Shown here piece after piece: positions 53,701 to 64,000 of a stretch of 64,000 nucleotides of DNA. Numbering within the stretch: position 1 is the first letter of the stretch; every line of letters begins with the position of its first letter. This DNA is from a virus. Taxonomy: Duplodnaviria; Caudoviricetes. The stretch lies in the IMG/VR virus record IMGVR_UViG_3300021399_000102, positions 64,001 through 128,000 of that record; one strand, 5' to 3'. Made by a program: the position numbers and the translations under genes. The notes under the pieces are model-generated. The model had not been told where the DNA came from, did not search any database, and saw nothing but the letters and a program-made list of their open reading frames with translations.

Positions 53701-55871
53701 GCGCCAGCCGCCTTCTTCGTGTGTCCTATGATGATTGAGGCAAATATTCGTATCAGATTGTATTTGGTCGTTATCAAGTCCTTGAAGATGCCCTTCTTGC
53801 CAAAGAGCTTATTCTTCATGTCGCCAAAGAAGAACTTTAACCTGTCCCAATAGTTGGGAAGTCCAACTGTTATGAAGTTCCATATGCCAAGGCCAATGGC
53901 TTTCAACGTGTCCCATCCAGGGATTGGAATTCCGAATATGGAGAACTTAGAACCATCAGATTTTGGCATGTAGGTGGCGCACCATTTTCTGAGAGCCAAT
54001 CTGGCGAGGGTGATGAGAATGAGACCACCTATGATGGTGAATGCAATTGGGGCGATTCCACCCATGAGCAATCCAAGAAGTCCTGGTCCCTTTGGCTTCT
54101 TCTTGAGATCCTTTATGCCTTTCTTGGTTGCATCCAAGTCCTTGGATATGGTGGCTTCAGAATTGTCAATCTTCTTCATCTGCTTTTGCAGACCACCCTG
54201 AATCTTCGTGAAGTTCATCGTGAAGCCATTCTTGAACTTCTTGTTGTTCAATTGTTGTTGAACATTCTGATGCACCTTTCCAAGCGCATTGAGGACTCCA
54301 TTTTTGGTAATCTTGCTTCCACCCTCGCCATCTTCAGAAGATGGTTGTGGAGCTGGAAGTTGAGCTTTCTATGGACTTACATGTGGTACACCAGGTAGAT
54401 GTAAATATCCGCAAATTGGGCAAGGATGTTCCCCATTTTTGGACGGCTTCACATTGAGTTTCGTGTCTTTGGGCTTCTGTGGTGGTTGAAGCTTTGTCTC
54501 ACCGGCCTTCTTCGCTTCCTCTCCTGCCTTGGAAACCTTCGGAACCAATGGACTCAATTCATCCTTCGGTGGTTGTTCCTCCTTTGGATTCTTCTTTGCG
54601 TCAAGATTATCTGTGTCCTTTAGGGTTATCCTCTCCTGATCTTGCTACTTCATCTTCTGAGCAAGGTCTTGTTGAAGCTTGGACTTGTCAAATCCAACTT
54701 CGGGATTGGATATTTTAGTGTCTGCCTTCTATGTAAGGGCGTCAGATTTGTCTGTGTCTTTGTTGTACGCTTCCTCAACCTTCGCCATTGGGCGAATCAA
54801 TGGTGCGGGGATTGGGGTCTTTATCTTTCCATCAAGGATGTTCTTGGCGTATATCGTTCGGAGATATTTTTCCTTTTCCTTTGGATCTTGTATCTCCTGA
54901 AGTGCCTTTGCTTGCTCTGGGGTTATGTTTGGGATAGGAACCTTTGGCGCACCTTCCATTGCAAGAACTTTTCTCCCAAGCTCGTTCTTGGAGGTGTCTA
55001 TCGCAGAGGTTCCTTGTCCAGAAGCCTTTGGTTGTTGGGCTTCCTTCCAAGACTTCTCCTTCGCCTTGAGTTCCTCAACTGCCTTCAACTGCCCCTTTAC
55101 GCCAGCAACGAGCTTGTCCCAATTGATTTTTCTCTGCTCCTTTGCCGCGTCAGTTAGGTTCTTGTCCTCCATCAAGGTTTGGGCGAGAATGTTCTTGCTT
55201 GCATTGCCAGTTGCTTGGTTGAACTTCTCCATCAACTTGGAAAGTTCATTGAGGTGTTCGTCCTTCCATTTCGTCTCGTCTTCTGCAACTTGCCCAAGTG
55301 TCTCTGATATCTCAGTTGTTTGCTGCGAAGATTCTGCCTTCAGATTGTCCAAGTCCTCTTGCTGTCCAGCCAAGGACTTCGCATACTCCAACCTGCGTCT
55401 CTCGTATTCCCTGGAGAGATTCAACTTGACTTGCAATATTGAAGTTTGCAATTCGTCTATGAAGTCAAGCACAACCTGCATTGGGTCGCAGGTCTCTGGG
55501 TCGAGGGTCTTTGTGACAACCTTCTTGGTTGTTTCTGAGACCAATGCCTCATCCACCTTGTCTGGCTCTATTCCCTCTTGCTTGCTCTTGATTACCTCAA
55601 TGAGCTTGTCAACGGCATCCGTATCTTGGACGATTTCAAGAAAGTCGTCGTTCAAGGAACGATATACTGTACGCAACAAGGTCTCTGAATTAGCACCTTG
55701 CTTCAACAACGCCCCATTTGTGAATGCGTCGAAGAGCTTGGTCATGTTGGCATAGATTTCCTCCATGTTCTTTGTCTTGGATACGTTCTCTACGCTTCCG
55801 ACAAAGGACTTGAAGTTCTCTGTGGCCGAATTAAAGACCTTTTGGTTGTCTATTGTGCTTGATTGTGCCAT
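50775..55871 (-). CDS. 1698-aa helical protein, probable tape-measure/baseplate-hub-like virion protein (six in-frame TAGs)
   Basis: Six listed ORFs join in one frame across TAGs at 54729, 54645, 54369, 53538, 53139 and 52461; coiled coils and TM-like Gly/Ala segments; function inferred. Confidence 0.75.
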
Positions 55872-55991
55872 TATGTCACATTTCCATCGTTATCGGTATT
55901 TACCATTTTTGTGATTGGTTTGCAACTGACATATAGCATAACGGTGGTCAATTGCTTGGCCACCGTGTGTTCCTTTTTGTTCTGCTTTATG

Positions 55992-56630
55992 TTATGGAAG
56001 TGTAGTTGCTCCTGGATGCATGGAATCAAGAGATACCCAATTCTCCCCGAAATTGTCGTCGTCAGAATCCTCGTATGGCTCGTCAGCCCTTGGGTCAAGT
56101 GATATTGTCTTGAATGTGCTTGGATCGTAGTGTAACCTGTTGCAAATTGCCTCGATTCTGTTCTGACCAAGTTCCTCGTGTTGGAACCTCTGCGCCTCAT
56201 CTATGTTGTCTGTGAGGACAAGCTCCTTTCCATCCATCGTGGAGACGTAGCCGTGCATGTCGAGGTCGTCGTCATCCATGCGTATCACGATTTCCTCGGA
56301 AATGTCAGCTTCTTCATCGCTTTCGTTCTTAACCTTGTCGTTGTTGAGAGTGGCATCCAAAGCTCCATCAAGTTCCTTGTCATCCTTGAGATTGTCAATG
56401 GCTTTTTGATCTACACCCTTGTCAAGTAGAATGTCCTGCTTTTGCTCTGGCGTCAGAGAATCCTTTGAGATTTCAATGGTATTTTCGTCATCTTCCTTCA
56501 CTATGTCGGTCTTGTCGTCCTTTACGAGCTTGTTGTTGGCGTTTAGCTCTATATTGACAACGCCCTTTTCCATCAATTCCTTGTCAAGGTTCTCGTTAAT
56601 CTGAATCAGTTTATCATAATACTTTCCCAT
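55992..56630 (-). CDS. Acidic late protein
   Basis: GTAAATA at 56656-56662; Asp/Glu-rich. Confidence 0.6.
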   Translation of the reverse strand: MGKYYDKLIQINENLDKELMEKGVVNIELNANNKLVKDDKTDIVKEDDENTIEISKDSLTPEQKQDILLDKGVDQKAIDNLKDDKELDGALDATLNNDKVKNESDEEADISEEIVIRMDDDDLDMHGYVSTMDGKELVLTDNIDEAQRFQHEELGQNRIEAICNRLHYDPSTFKTISLDPRADEPYEDSDDDNFGENWVSLDSMHPGATTLP

Positions 56631-56669
56631 GTCATAACCTCTGTTGGTTTGGTTCTATTTACAATCATT

Positions 56670-57788
56670 TCAGCGAAATGGTCTCATTGCGTCGGCCACC
56701 ACCTTGAACAATTTGTTTCTTGTATCTGAATCCTGAAAGTCCATCAATCCTCTTGCCATCTTGTAGAACTCCCTATCGGTCATCATTTGGAGCAAGAAGT
56801 CAGTGGCATCCACGTTGTGCAAGGTGCAGTCAAGTTCAAACGACTCGAACACCCCATCTGCTGTCTTCATCCATTCATCCACCATCAAAGTGGAAAGGTC
56901 TTTCTTCTCCAATTTCTCGAAGTTCTCGTTCCAATTCTTCTCAATTTTCTCTTGACTGAACAACTTGTATGTTCCACCAGTAGGGGATAGTTTGTCCAGT
57001 TCTTGGCAGAGTTGATTCCAAGCCATCATCTTCACCCTGTTGGTGTATATCCCCTTCTCGTCAGCAAGTATGTGCTTTATGAGCAATTGGGGTGGGTTCA
57101 ATTCATGTCCAGGTTTCCAGGTTCCGCGCAAGTTGAAGCCCATCTTGTTGAACTTTGACAGGAACTCAAAGTATTTGGAGAGGTTTCCAACAAGCACGAT
57201 ATGCTCTGCCTCTGACAATTCTTGGAAGAACTTTGGGTGCAAGAACTCCGGCAAGAACAAGGAATAGCTGAAGTCAATCTTGCTCTTGTCCTTTGTCTCT
57301 AGAAACTCTTGAATCTTGTTCAGAAGCATTTGCCTTGGGAGCAGTCCTCTTTGGAGTACTGTCAAGTCTGCGTCCTTCATGTTGTTTCCAAGCATGGTCA
57401 ATGGATTGTGAAGGGGATCTCCACCAAGAAAGCCAGTTTCAAGCAAGAACCTCTTGTAGTCGATGATAAGTTCCTTGTTGCTTGAAGATTCCATCTGATA
57501 GTTGAAGTACATTCTGGTGATTCTTGGCATTCCTGGGATGCAAGCGAACAATCTGTGCCTGAATGGAATGCTGAACTTGTCCAATACGTCAAGCTTGAAC
57601 ATCCAATATGAACAAAGGGACATTCTCACTGCGTCAAAGAGAATGTTGTCGTCAGCGAGAGAACAGTTCAATTCGACCACAGCAGGTGTGGTCGCTGGAG
57701 ACATAATCAAGTCATCCAAGTTCAAGGGACATTGAATGTAGTCCTTTGGATTTGGTGGAGCAATGTTCTTCTTCTTTCCTGGCATCAT
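56670..57788 (-). CDS. Hypothetical protein
   Basis: Long ORF; likely start MMPGKKK, since the listed longer start overlaps the divergent gene. Confidence 0.6.
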   Translation of the reverse strand: MMPGKKKNIAPPNPKDYIQCPLNLDDLIMSPATTPAVVELNCSLADDNILFDAVRMSLCSYWMFKLDVLDKFSIPFRHRLFACIPGMPRITRMYFNYQMESSSNKELIIDYKRFLLETGFLGGDPLHNPLTMLGNNMKDADLTVLQRGLLPRQMLLNKIQEFLETKDKSKIDFSYSLFLPEFLHPKFFQELSEAEHIVLVGNLSKYFEFLSKFNKMGFNLRGTWKPGHELNPPQLLIKHILADEKGIYTNRVKMMAWNQLCQELDKLSPTGGTYKLFSQEKIEKNWNENFEKLEKKDLSTLMVDEWMKTADGVFESFELDCTLHNVDATDFLLQMMTDREFYKMARGLMDFQDSDTRNKLFKVVADAMRPFR

Positions 57789-57829
57789 ATGAAGTATACA
57801 ACTTGCGCCAAAAATGGTAAATACAGTTG

Positions 57830-60463
57830 ATGGATACTGAAATGACAACAAGAGGCGAGACTGGAGCGCAAATTGGCGGCCAGATGGGCGCACAAGCTGG
57901 TGGTTCTGCTGGCGCTGCGATTGGTTCTGCCTATGGCGGCCCCATTGGAGGAATGATTGGCCAGTACATTGGCGAGAAAGTGGGAGAACAAGTTGGCTCT
58001 GCTGTTGGAGACTATGCTGAAGATACTGCCACTGACATGGCGAAGGACATGTTGAACAGCGAAGAACCACAGAAGAAGAAAGGTGGTGGATGTGGCGGTG
58101 GAGCTGGAAAAGGCGACTCAAGTTCTGACAGTGCAGAATATCCATCTGGGGGAGATCCAGAGAAAGACTTGGGCGACGTTGGCATGGACGATGTTGATGA
58201 TTCTGTCAACAGGATGTGCAAGAAGGTCTTTACAGTATATAGGGCAATTCCAAAATTCGCCTCCTGCCCAACTGCATATCGAGACAACGTTTCCGATCAA
58301 TTCACGCCACAAGACGACTTGCTTACGATGGAGAAGACCGTAAGGGACTTCTTGAAGCTTGAAGGGAAGATATACGATCCTCAAACAACCAATCCAAGGT
58401 TCTTCGCCCCAGAGGGATGGGTGCAACACTACGAGAAGGACAAGAACGTGGTGCTTGCTGCCCTTGACCAATACAAGGCGAACATCCTCAGGATGGAACA
58501 CCTCTACACATTGGTGGACAAGAACTCATACGACAAGTTGAAGTCCATTCCAAACCAAGATTGCAAGGAGAAGTTTCAGACCAACATAATGTGGACGTCC
58601 AGAAGCTTGAAGGATTGGGCGAACAATTGGTTCATCAATCGGATTCCATATTCTTTCACCAAACTCTACTTTCAGGACTATTGGGTTCCTGGTCTCACAG
58701 GACAAATGGTGGAATGGATGAAGCTCGGTACGTATGTTGAGTATGGTGGCGTAAGGGCAATCTCAAACGAAACTTCCATAAGGTTGGTGGATAGGCTTGA
58801 AGCTGTGATTGACAGGTTGATGAACAAGGCAGCAGTGGAGCAAACGATTTCCCAATACGTCAATATCAAGGAGCAAATAGAGGCTACGGCAAAGCAGAAG
58901 GAGGAAAAGATTTTCACCTCCAGGATAATAGACTCCCAGATGGGCAAGAAATTGGGGGTGACAGATACAGGAGTGGAGAACCAAAAGATTGAGGGTACGA
59001 CATACATTGCTCCAAAGGAGGATTAGGTGGAGCAATTCAATCTGATATGCAAATTGAGTTGCGTCAAGAACCTCTTCAAGACGTTTCGGGAGAAGTCCCT
59101 TGAAGCAATGAAGGGATGCAGATGCGTTGCTCCTTCTGGTCCTGGTCCATTTCCCCTCATTTGGTGCAACATAGATGTTCTCGCGGCAAAGGTATATTGT
59201 GCTCTGGGCGTGTTGAACGAACTCATAGAAGACAAGAAAACCGACCATGAGAATCTTGGATGGCATTGCTCAGTGACACACGCCCCATTGTGTCCGAAGC
59301 AACTCAAAATGCACATAACAGCATTCAAGTGCGTGATACGTTAGGGTGTCATAGACGTTATGGTAAATCAAGCGTTGTTGCCAAAGAAAGGCAAGAACAT
59401 CTTGGATTCCATGTTCAACCAACTTTGGGAATATGGAGAGAAGGGACCGACGATTGAGCTTCCAAGTTGGTGTCAAATGGCGATTGACAGTGTCAATGCC
59501 TTTGAGGATTCCTTGTTGGATGCTTGGACTGAGGTATATGACTGCTGGGAGCGCGAATTCTTGACCAGACTTTGGTGGATACAAGTTGAACACCATGGTG
59601 GGGGAACAGATGGAATCATAAATTGCAAGAACAATTGGTTGAGGTTGCAAGAAGTTCCGGTTACCACAGAACATGACCATACGCACGTAATACCAAGTCA
59701 AACCATTATGGATCCTGGCCCAATCGTCATTGAAACTGAAGCACCAACAGAATAGGTTGTGATAAACCAATATGTTGAGTCAGAGACAGCGGCAAGTACA
59801 GGATACGATTCTTACAACTTCGACACTTGTGCATTGAAGGGGCATTTCGTTTGTCCCGGACATCTTACCAAATTGCTCAAGCCATTATGCGTCTGCTACA
59901 AGGTGCATAACATAGAGTATTTGGCTTGCAACTACCGTGCATTTGTGAAGGAACTTTGTCAGTGGATGGTTGCTGCGATAGAAGCGGTTGGAATCAAGCA
60001 AGCTGCAATCTCTGCGGTCATGGCTGACCCAACTCTCAATGGAAATTGTGGCAACGCTGGATGCCAAGGGCCGCTTGGGAAGATAAACGAGCTGAGGGAG
60101 AAGAACCACAAGCTTCTTGAAAAGGTTGAACACGCCTACGGCATATATTATGATGTCAATAACATGAAGAACAAGAAGGAATACGATGAAGAGATAGCCT
60201 TGCACGAACTCCAGCCAAACAAGTATTCCAACGAGGACATGCTGAACATGTCGTCAAGTCTCCAATCCGAATCCAACGAGTCTGGGCTTGACGCCGATCT
60301 TTGCCAAGGTGGTATAGACATCCCCGAGTTGAAGCCGTGGAACCACCTCAGCTTGTCGGAGAACAAGGTGAAGCCAGAATGCTTGCCATCCAAGTGCGCC
60401 TGCAACAAGTTTGACAAGCTCATCAAGAGCATTGCCAATTTCGAGACTTGGTTCTCCAAATGA
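57830..60463 (+). CDS. 877-aa late protein with N-terminal glycine zipper and Cys-rich C-terminal half (TAGs at 59024, 59342, 59753)
   Basis: Four consecutive listed ORFs in one frame separated only by TAG; ends in TGA. Confidence 0.75.
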
Positions 60464-60502
60464 TTTGGCTCAGGAAATGATTGATTGTTCCATGTGGAAC
60501 AA

Positions 60503-61027
60503 TCAGCCAAATGTGGTGCTGAACACCCTCAACACCTCGCAGTTGAAGTGAATCTTCTCGTGGATGTTGATTGCGTTGTTGGCAACGTAGTCCTCAAGAT
60601 TGCGCTCCAACATCAAGTTGAAGTACATGTTGAGCCAATACGCAACAGCCTGGGAACGGGAACGTCCTGCCCAACAATGAATCTTGATGGTGGCGTTGTG
60701 GTCTTTCTTCCAAATGTCCATCACCCAGTTCATTATGTCAGACGCAATTTCCTTGGTGAAGAATATGGGCTGACGCTTCCCATCACCAAACTTTGCCTTG
60801 ATTATGGGATGCTCCATATCGTGATAGAAACGATATGGGTCTATGTCGTCAAAGTGGACAACCTTGGCGTTGATGTTGTTCCTCGCAATGCGCCTGTCAA
60901 GGGCAGCGTGCTTCTCATCTGTGTCATCGTGACCAGTATAGGAGTCCCGAATGGACAGAAGGTTGCACCCAGGACACTTCTCTGCGACCTTCAACACCTT
61001 GTTCAAGCTGTATACTTCAATCTTCAT
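60503..61027 (-). CDS. Protein-tyrosine/dual-specificity phosphatase-like protein
   Basis: HCWAGRSRS (CX5R) and FDDI loop. Confidence 0.8.
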   Translation of the reverse strand: MKIEVYSLNKVLKVAEKCPGCNLLSIRDSYTGHDDTDEKHAALDRRIARNNINAKVVHFDDIDPYRFYHDMEHPIIKAKFGDGKRQPIFFTKEIASDIMNWVMDIWKKDHNATIKIHCWAGRSRSQAVAYWLNMYFNLMLERNLEDYVANNAINIHEKIHFNCEVLRVFSTTFG

Positions 61028-61395
61028 GTTTGTTATTTACTACTTCTTCTATTTCAGATATGGGAATGTCGTCCTTGTATATGAAGCTCCTGCCATATTC
61101 TCGTTTGGATACATGCCCATCATATTCAATCTTCGACTTGTTGAGGTTCTTTGTCTTTACCTTTAGAACAATATCCCCTTTCCAAACCAAGCCATTTGTA
61201 AGTTCAATGCTGTCAGCGAGAAACACGCCCCAATCTGACACTTCGTTTCCCATCACATCAAACTTCAACCTCTTGAACCTCCAATGAGATGCTGGTGTTC
61301 CTGAATGTCGAATCTTGCCATCATACTTGATTTGAGTATAGGCTTTCATCGTGGTTCTGTGATAGAGATATTCAGGAACATCAAACATACCCATA
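61017..61395 (-). CDS. Possible ADP-ribosyltransferase-fold protein
   Basis: YLYHRT, GVFLA, IVLKV, Y.DDIP pattern; weak. Confidence 0.35.
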
Positions 61396-61431
61396 TTATA
61401 GTGCATCAAGGTCGGAAAGTCAATGACCCTT

Positions 61432-62295
61432 TCACAGCAGTTCCTTCAATTCCTTTGGGGACATGAACTCCTTTACAACGTCAGGGAGAACCCTTGCGAA
61501 GTTCCTGAAGTCGTAGAGATGGTTTGTGGCAGCATAGAGCAGAACCTTTCTGGGGTTTATCCTGGGGTTCATCAATTGGATGTCAAACCCAGGATCCACC
61601 ATCGTTGGGTTCTTTGCGAACCAACTATCGACAAGCCGTTTCTCTTCTGTGTAATGGATGACGACGAATTGATCAGAGTATTCGTCCTCCAACTTTGCAA
61701 GTTCTTCCTTTCCACGGCCGTTCCAAGCAATCACGTATTTCGTCTTTGGACGTTTGACCTTCCCCTCCCAACCAACGATGATTCTGCTGTCGGAGTTCTC
61801 CACCTCAGGATAGTTGAATCCATTTGACTTTACTATCTCAGCAAGTATCTCGCTTCCATCCGAATCGTCTGTTGATGGATATGACGCCTTTGGTGTCCAG
61901 TTAGCATTCAAGATCCATTCGTCAGCCAATTGTGGGTTCTCTGGCAAGGAATCGTGCATGTACAGAATGTTGCTTCCATCAACCTTGCTTGACAATGACC
62001 TTGCGAAGTCAATTGTATAGGGAAATCCATTTCTCGCCCCACAGTTGCAGATTCCAATTGACCGATATTCCTTCGCAAGTTTCAACCCAGCGTAGAAGCC
62101 CATCAAGCGCAAGGAACTGTACTCTGCATTGTGGTGATATTCAACAATGACGTTCCTCTTGGAGAAGAACATCTTGTTGAATTCATCCCAATCCACCGGG
62201 AATCCAACGTTGGGGTCGGAATCAGGAGGCATGCAATCCAGTTGCTTGCGCTTGTACTGAATCAACTTCTTGAGGTCGAACTTCTTGCCACTCAT
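61432..62295 (-). CDS. Hypothetical protein
   Basis: 287-aa ORF coupled to the sigma factor gene. Confidence 0.6.
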   Translation of the reverse strand: MSGKKFDLKKLIQYKRKQLDCMPPDSDPNVGFPVDWDEFNKMFFSKRNVIVEYHHNAEYSSLRLMGFYAGLKLAKEYRSIGICNCGARNGFPYTIDFARSLSSKVDGSNILYMHDSLPENPQLADEWILNANWTPKASYPSTDDSDGSEILAEIVKSNGFNYPEVENSDSRIIVGWEGKVKRPKTKYVIAWNGRGKEELAKLEDEYSDQFVVIHYTEEKRLVDSWFAKNPTMVDPGFDIQLMNPRINPRKVLLYAATNHLYDFRNFARVLPDVVKEFMSPKELKELL

Positions 62296-63086
62296 TTCAC
62301 GAGTTTCCTGAGGTAACTTGCCATTGGAGAATTGCGAATCTTCTCGAACGCACTTGCCTGAAGTTGGGAGATGCGAACTTTGCTGAGGTGAAGTTCAACA
62401 GAGATGTCGGTCTGGGTCTTTCCCTTGAGAACGCCCTTCACTACCAGTATCTCCTTCTTGTTGAGAATCTTTGGAAGTTTCTTCATCATAGCCCCTACAG
62501 CATTCACCATATCCCGTTCCAACATGAGCTCGTCCTCGTTCTTGAAGTTACGACCCATGATGTAGTTCGTGTCCAAGCTGCTCTTGGAGATTACGGTTGC
62601 GATGGTGTCGTTGTCCTCTTCGCCCCCAATGGGCGCGTCTATGGAGATTACGCTCATGTTCATCTGAAACTTGTGGTTGAGGGCAGAAATCTCCTCAGCA
62701 ACAGTACCACTCTTGGCGTATGCGTTCTGATGCTGCATGATTGCCCAGCGGATTGGATTGGTAATCCAAGTGGAAATCTTGCCCTTCCTCTTGGGGTCGT
62801 ATTTCTTCAACGCCTCCACCATTCCAATCACTGCCTTCTGAAACACGTCCTCGTTCTTGTTGAACGCCATCTTGTTGACGAGCTTGAACACCAAGCCCAG
62901 GTTGTGCTTCAAGGCTTCGTTGACAAACTTGTCCTTCATTGCGTTGCTGCGCCACTTCCCGGTCTTGGTGGTGCAGGATTTCACGAATTCAGCTTCCTCT
63001 TGCGCCGTCCAAGTTGGATTGGACTTCGCAATCTCAGAATACACATCTATTACGCTTTTCACCATTTCTTGTATTTCTCCGTTCAT
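62292..63086 (-). CDS. Phage sigma70-family RNA polymerase sigma factor (regions 2-4)
   Basis: HNLGLV, FQKAVIGMVEALKKYDP, SIDAPI, TQTDIS..LSKVRISQL..AFEKIR. Confidence 0.85.
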   Translation of the reverse strand: MNGEIQEMVKSVIDVYSEIAKSNPTWTAQEEAEFVKSCTTKTGKWRSNAMKDKFVNEALKHNLGLVFKLVNKMAFNKNEDVFQKAVIGMVEALKKYDPKRKGKISTWITNPIRWAIMQHQNAYAKSGTVAEEISALNHKFQMNMSVISIDAPIGGEEDNDTIATVISKSSLDTNYIMGRNFKNEDELMLERDMVNAVGAMMKKLPKILNKKEILVVKGVLKGKTQTDISVELHLSKVRISQLQASAFEKIRNSPMASYLRKLVK

Positions 63087-63633
63087 GTTTGAGTGTCAAG
63101 ATTGCAGCAGACTACCCACGCATCCCTTACCTTCTCCATGGCTGCGCAAGCGACTACTTCTCCTTTGACTTCGCCAATAGTATATCATATCTCAGGAGCG
63201 TTTGTCAATACCCCTTTGGTATTCCTATCAACGTTGTTGATACTCAATAGACCTTTGACAAGAAAAAGACCACATTTGCATGTGGTCTTCTGATTTCAGA
63301 TTGGAATGTCCATTCATCAATTTTCTTCACTCTCGTCCGTTTCTTCGTCGCTTAACCCTGCATATTCCTTGTCCACTTCATCGTAATAGTCATCGTCTTC
63401 CAAGTCATCCCAATCATCCCAATTCTCGTCATCCAAATCGTCATATTGACAAGATGAACCGTTCAGTCAATAGGGGATGTGGATATCCACGCTATTGACC
63501 TCATCCTTCACGTCAAATACGTCTAGATCATCGCCAATAACGTCCCCATGGTTGTCAATGATTCTGACCTTTGCGGTATCCCGAAACTTCTCGTCACCAC
63601 ATTCTTGAAGCCGTTGTACCAATTCGTTGATTG

Positions 63634-64000
63634 TCATTGTTCTGTTCCTTCGTTTAAGCTTTCCTTCTTCCCTATTATACCAGAAGTGGAATCTGGCGTA
63701 AAGTCCTTCTGCGCTTCCTCAACCCTTTTCTTGGCGACATCAAAGTATTTCTGCTCCAACTCAATGCCAATGCCCCTTCTCCCCTCCAATACTGCTGCCA
63801 CCATCGTAGTCCCAGAACCCATGGTTGCGTCAAGTACTGTCTCCCCTTCGTTGGTGTATGTGCGTATGAGCCATCGGCAAAGATCCACGCTCTTCTCGGT
63901 TGGGTGGTTTCCAGTGCAATGCGGTCTTGGAAAGCTCAATATGGACTTCGGGAACTTCTTGCCATCGACGCCAGCCACATGTGCCGTCGGCCATCTCTCC
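63634..64000 (-). CDS. N4/N6 DNA methyltransferase (beta class), 5'-truncated
   Basis: HPTEKSV.L..WLI.TYTNEG.TVLDATMGSGTT..GIEL. Confidence 0.9.
   Translation of the reverse strand, partial: ERWPTAHVAGVDGKKFPKSILSFPRPHCTGNHPTEKSVDLCRWLIRTYTNEGETVLDATMGSGTTMVAAVLEGRRGIGIELEQKYFDVAKKRVEEAQKDFTPDSTSGIIGKKESLNEGTEQ

Noticed and set aside
50775-60463. Fragmented ORFs as pseudogenes
   Set aside because: All breaks are TAG, never TAA, TGA or frameshifts, which fits recoding rather than decay.
1-64000. Phage-encoded release factor 2 or glutaminyl-tRNA synthetase
   Set aside because: No GGQ/SPF or HIGH/KMSKS-type protein was recognised here; such genes may lie outside the window.

Overview
A 64 kb segment of a large (jumbo-type, T4-like organisation) lytic bacteriophage that uses a recoded genetic code. 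I found 24 in-frame TAG codons; 23 split otherwise continuous genes, several inside recognisable domains, and one is a terminal TAG-TGA pair. Every other credible gene I checked ends in TAA or TGA, so TAG is a sense codon, most likely Gln (code 15). The window also encodes a candidate decoder: a CUA-anticodon tRNA (50646-50724, minus strand) with tRNA-Gln-like acceptor and D arms but a rewired elbow (CC instead of GG in the D loop, GG instead of TTC in the T loop, C33). Nearly all TAG-containing genes lie in units headed by a recurrent GTAAATA late-type promoter motif. A ~31 kb block of sigma70-type early/middle genes has no internal TAG. Other content: two sigma70-family factors, a split and order-reversed NAD-dependent DNA ligase, dUTPase, ThyX, two DNA methyltransferases, a DNA-modification-type glycosyltransferase plus kinase, an ATPase-GNAT pair joined by a probable programmed -1 frameshift, Pth2, YqeY, three mosaic BspA-like LRR genes, and host-like secreted proteins (PEP-CTERM) suggesting a Kiritimatiellota/PVC-type host. 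All calls come from motif recognition by eye; no searches were run.
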